In this document: positions 58,918 through 64,000 of the stretch, piece after piece
Layout of the letters: every line of letters starts with the position of its first letter
Numbering within the stretch: the first letter of the stretch is position 1
Source of the DNA: Antechinus flavipes
Taxonomy: Eukaryota
Reading direction: 5' to 3'
DNA length: 64,000 nt
NCBI RefSeq assembly: GCF_016432865.1
Contig: NC_067399.1
Coordinates: 20,274,001-20,338,000, forward strand
Notes under the pieces: model-generated
Database searches by the model: none
Told to the model about the DNA's origin: nothing
What the model saw: only the letters and a program-made list of their open reading frames with translations
Position numbers and translations under genes: made by a program

Positions 58918-60900
58918 GATGACGCTTCATGGTTTATAAAGAGCTTCCCTCATACCCCCCCTGTGGAAACAACCCCAATTTTAAAGATGACAAAAGTTGG
59001 GGTCAGAGACCCTCTCAATAGCACAGATCTTTCACATGGAAAATGAAAATCCTTCTTGGCAGTGAAGTGCAGGAGAGAGACTGGGCCCATAGCCCCATTT
59101 AGTTCAGATTAGATTGTCTCAAGATCTGGTGAGATCCATCATTATTTCTAAAATAAACTTTTTTGATCTTCTAACTCCTGTTAATCCCGAGATCTCCTTC
59201 ACAGTTTGCCTGTCATTGCCAGCAAATGTTGAGTTCCTGTCCCCGTGTCTGATGCTTTGAATTTGGAAGCCCCTGGCCTGTTTGGCTCCCGAGGAGTCAT
59301 GAGTTTCATGAACTTCATGACATCTTTTTTCTTTGCTTTGTGAGCTTTTTCCCTCCTGCGGTATCCGAAGATCATCACAGTTGGAAGGTTCATGGTCTTC
59401 TTACAGTTCTCTGCATGTCAGAGTGCAGGAAGTACATGGAAAAGCTGATTGTGGAGGCAGAAGTACTATGAACATCAGCTAAGTTCCCCATTGAGTTTGT
59501 CCCCCTGATAGACTAAGGTCTTTCAGTGACTCTCGTGCCCTTGAAGTATATTTCACTCTCCTGGTGGCCTGTTTCATGCCGGGGAGCTTATTTCTCCCTC
59601 TCCTTTAGCAAAAGTCCTGTCCATGATTGTTTCTAGCCCTAAAAATATGAGGTTCTCCTTTACTCTGGATAAGAATCAACAGAGCAGCAACATCCAGAGT
59701 TGTTGAGAACAACAGTCATTTTCAGAGAATTAGTTTAATCACTCATCAACTAACCAATCAAACAAAAGAATTTATTCAGCATTTCCTGGGTCCCAGACAA
59801 TGCTAGGGATGCACAGAAAGGGCAAAAGGAAGGACTCACATTCTACTGGGGGAGACAATATATGTAGATGAAAGATCCTTCAGAGACATTTTATTCAGCT
59901 AGTCCCACAGGAGATCCAGGTATGGAACCTCTCCCCATCTCCCAGACCTTATTCCTTGGGTAACCAAAGGGCAAACAGCACCTGAGACAGGAGCAGGAGT
60001 AGATATTCCCGCAAAAGACCCTCAAAATGATGGGACAGAGCTGATTTTTTCCTCTCCAATGACTAATTCCCAAAATGCCCCCAGAAACATCATCTTCCCC
60101 GTTTCATCTCGAAATTCATGTCCCTTCAACTCCCTGTGCCCAGATACAGAGCACAGCAGGTGAACCTTCCCTTTTTTTTTTATCAGGTAGGAGTTTATTT
60201 TTTTATTTTTATTTTTTAAAAATATATTTTATTTTATTTTATAATAACTTGTTATTGACAGAACCCATGCCAGGGTAATTTTTTACAACATTATCCCTTG
60301 CACTCATTTCTGTTCCGATTTTTCCCCTCCCCTAGATGGCAAGCAGTCCTTTATATGTTGGATATGTTGCAGTATATCCTAGATACGATATATGTTTGCA
60401 GAACCGAACAGTTCTCTTGTTGCACAGGGAGAATTGGATTCAGAAGGTAGAAATAACCCGGGAAGAAAAACAAAAATGCAGATAGTTCACATTCGTTTCC
60501 CAGTGTTCTTTCTTTGGGTGTAGCTGCTTCTGTCCATCATTTATCAATTGAAACTCAGTTAGGTCTCTTTGTCAAAGAAATCCACTTCCTTCAGAATACA
60601 TCCTCATACAATATCATTGTCGAAGTGTATAATGATCTCCTGGTTCTGCTCATTTCACTTAGCATCAGTTCATGTAAGTCTCGCCAGTCCTCTCTGTATT
60701 CATTCAGGTAGGAGTTTAACCTAATCTAGCATTTATATAGATATGTCAAGTTTGGGAAACACTTTACAACCATTTCCTTAAGAGTAGCAACAATTCTCGG
60801 AGAGAGGTGATATTATCGTCCTACTTTTCCTAAGGATGAGAAAAGTTAAATGACATACCCAGCAAATTCAGGTCTGAAGAAGGATTGGAACTCAAATGTT
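58918..60900 (+). repeat. Segmental duplicate of the REG-F 3' flank (49368-50820)
   Basis: Starts GATGACGCTTCATGGTTTATAAAGAGC exactly as at 49368; colinear and highly similar apart from an L1 insertion. Confidence 0.93.
60198..60703 (-). mobile_element. Young 5'-truncated LINE-1 (506 nt) with a 14-15-bp TSD
   Basis: TCAGGTAGGAGTTTA at 60183-97 and 60704-18; empty site at 50638-52. Confidence 0.95.
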
Positions 60901-61489
60901 CCTCACTTTGGAGTCAAAGCTTTCTTCCACATGCTGATATATTCCCTTTGTATTGTTATTGCACATTTAGCGATAGATCTCCCTCCCTTTGGGCACCAAT
61001 TCACTTTCTCTTTGCAGCGGCTATATGTCTTCCTGCCCTTAACAACCTATGACCTCTCTTTCCTTTCTTCCTCACTATTGTTCACTTTTCCAGGGTAACA
61101 TAATTTCTAAAACTGTCTTGCAAAATATAGAGACTGTTACTATATTTCTAATTGATTTTGGAATATTAGATATTAACAATCTGACATTCTTAGAAGCAGT
61201 TGTGAAAAGAGAAAGAATCTTATCATGGCTAGAGAGAGTTTAAAAGAAAAGGAAGAACTCCCTTAGAGAACTTTCACCCTTATATAGGAATAAAGAAGAT
61301 GAGGTTTCTTAAGAGACACAAGCAAGTATCTGGAGAAGATAAATGATAGGGCTATGGTTCAGAGGTGAGGAGAAGCCATGATCAGAAATATTGTGAAGAA
61401 ATAAACATTACTCATTGACCTTTTTTCAAGGCTAAACATTTTAATTTTTATTATTTATATTTATTATTTATGAAAAGGTGCTTTAGATC

Positions 61490-61700
61490 ACTATTGATCA
61501 GAGAAATGCAAATTAAAACAACTCTGAAATAGCACTACACACCTCTCAGACTGGCTAAGATGACAGGAAAAGATACTGACAAATGTTGGAGGGAATGTGG
61601 GAAAACTGGAACACTGATACATTGTTGGTGGACCTGTGAACGTATCCAACCATTCTGGAGAGCAATTTGGAAGTATGCCCAAAGGGCTATCAAACTGTAC
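61490..61700 (+). mobile_element. LINE-1 ORF2 C-terminal fragment
   Basis: [46 protein letters not shown]. Confidence 0.85.
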
Positions 61701-63916
61701 AGACACACAAGTGCAGAAATAGATATTTCTCTTTCCATATATATAATATTTATATTCATATATACACATAGATTCAGTTTTCTTGAAATATTTCTTTATT
61801 CCTTCTGAGGAAAAGTATGCATAATGAGGGAGGAAAAGTCCTCACATTTGTTTAATTACCAACTGTGCTTTGAGGTTTATTGGGAGGATCTCTGTTTGGT
61901 GTAAGAGACACGTGGGCATTAAAAGCCAGGTAAGATCCTGGAGACTCACAATGGCTGGATTGTTGAGAGCTTCTGTCCCTGCCTCCCTCTTCTGTCCTTT
62001 TGTTCTTTGTGGCCCTAGCTGCTGACATGGTAGAAACTGGGCTTACACACAGAAGGAAAACTCAGAGTTGACGGACGTTCCTTTAGGTTTGGGCTGCACA
62101 TGTACATTTGAGTTCCTGACACTGGTCTTTATCCCTCAACTCTTGAGGACCATGGGTTGGTCTTGGGAATAAATGAATGAAAAAGTGCTCATTAAGCATT
62201 CATTATATACAAAGCATTGTGCTTAGTCGACACTGACCAACAAAAAAGCTAGAAAGCCCCTCCTTTCAAGGAGTTCCCATTCTGGAGGGAGAAGACTCCA
62301 CAGAAAGGTCATCTTATCATCTGGAAACTTCTCAGGGTCAATGAGGTGCAGAAACAAAAAGGATGGCCAAGATTCTCCTTTCATGTCCTTTCTACTGAAA
62401 AAATCACCACAATTTCTGCTGTTGACCCCTAGGATGTCTAAGTCAAGTACTTTGGTGACAAGGACCTTCATACATCTTGATCACTTTTTCAATATTATTG
62501 GTATATTCTAAGAGAGGGATTAACTGACCTGGAATAGGTTCCTGGGAGTGCGTACACAAGGATGATAAGAAGGACCCAAAAAACCTAGGAACAGGTGAGC
62601 AAAATGAAAATATTTAGTTGGGAGCGAAGACAGCTGCTTCCTCTGGTATGAGTTTCCTCAATTGATCCTCTAGTTAATGACACAAGCATTAAGAAATGTC
62701 ATTTACTATCCAAGCTCTCAACACTTTAATGTGGCAAAGGAGAATTTGTTTATTGAAAACTAAAATCTTGAAATAACTTACCTGCAGATAAATTTGGGGT
62801 CAACTAACAGACCCAAGGCAGGAAAATTAGAGGGAAGATGGAAAAACAGTTTGAAGAACATGGCATTTTATCTAGAACGTGAAGAAAGCCAGGAAAGCCT
62901 AGAGAGGGAAGGAAGAGGGAGAGACTTCCAGACAAGAACAATCAAAGAAAATGCGTAGAGTTGGAATCATCATTCTTGTCTTCTGCCATCTTTCTGAATA
63001 CCCCTTCCATCACCCAAGTGTAGTGCTTGGAGGCACATCCCAATTCCCAGGGCAAATTTCCTTAAGAAGGATCCCCACGGTTCAAGGTGTTCTGTGGCTG
63101 TAACTCTAAGAAAAGCATAATTATTGAGCCCTGGCACAATTATTGGTAAAGCAAAGACATTTCATTAGAGAACACAGATAAAAAGTGGGGGGTAATGAAC
63201 CCACTTTAAGTCCTAAGTCTGGGTAAATTTCTCCCTCAAATGTACACAGTATCTTATCAACAGGAACATAATACAGAAATCATTTATAAAGGGGAAGAGA
63301 TTCTAGTTATATTGAAAGATCAACTACTGCGCCCTTCTCTAGATACTGGACTGGGTTCAGGCTAAGCAAGTGGAATACATGTCTTCAGGATAGCCCTACA
63401 GGGAGTAATATCCTTGTGACCCTGGGAATTGGTGAAACTGGAATAAAAATTAATGAATAACCAGTTTCCTGGAGCACAAGGCCAAGGAAATCCCTTAGTG
63501 ATATCATCATGCTTTTCCCGGCAGGTTTATTCCCCATTAGCCTTTGCCACACATTGCTCCACGAGTATTAGTTTCTATCAGATGCTTCCTTGATTGATAT
63601 GGACTGCCACCATTCTTCCTGGCACATGGAAATCCTTTGCTTCTCACGTCCAACTTTGACTGAAGTTCCTGGTTCTGGTACCATTGTTTTCTCATGAGAA
63701 CATTAGGCTCTGCCATGCTTTGAGTTTAAAAAAAAAAAAAGAGAGACTATTTTAAAAAATAATTTCTTTTATCATCCCTGGCTGAGGGATGGGGAGGAAA
63801 AAAGATACCTCATTTTTTGTTTTTCCTTTTTTGTTGTTGCTGGTTTTTTTCCTAAATACCAAGCATTCATTAAGTAGCTCTTGGGTTCAAGGCTATTGGA
63901 TGAGACTGACTTGGTG

Positions 63917-63922
63917 AGATAG

Positions 63923-63959
<37 letters not shown>
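63917..63959. repeat. (GATA)n microsatellite
   Basis: About 10 GATA units. Confidence 0.95.
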
Positions 63960-64000
63960 CAAAGAAAGTGAGACAGAGAGAAACACAGTGACAGAGAGAG

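Overview
Mammalian genomic DNA, most likely marsupial (inferred from the L1, RTE and SINE types; possibly dasyurid), with three assembly gaps. The main content is a tandem + strand cluster of REG-family (regenerating islet-derived/lithostathine, group VII C-type lectin) genes. The ORF track misses them because they are split over short exons. Hand-splicing gives five intact genes of 165-170 aa (A 9502-11576, B 15645-19176, C 22726-24471, D 31174-33435, F 46722-48773). Each has a TATA box, a non-coding exon 1, five coding exons with GT-AG junctions, six CTLD cysteines and at least one STAT-type TTCN3GAA site upstream. There is also one multiply broken pseudogene (E, 41031-41743) and the promoter plus 3' flank of a seventh, very recent copy (G) whose body is missing across a gap. 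About 5 kb upstream, head-to-head on the minus strand, is a TATA box and a first coding exon resembling CD207 (langerin)/CLEC4F. The right part holds a 5'-deleted, env-less betaretrovirus-like ERV (pol remnant plus 737-bp LTR) at the duplication junction. It also holds two young L1 insertions whose empty sites survive in the paralogous copy. The rest is older L1, RTE, MIR/SINE, microsatellite and low-complexity DNA. All coordinates and counts were made by hand.
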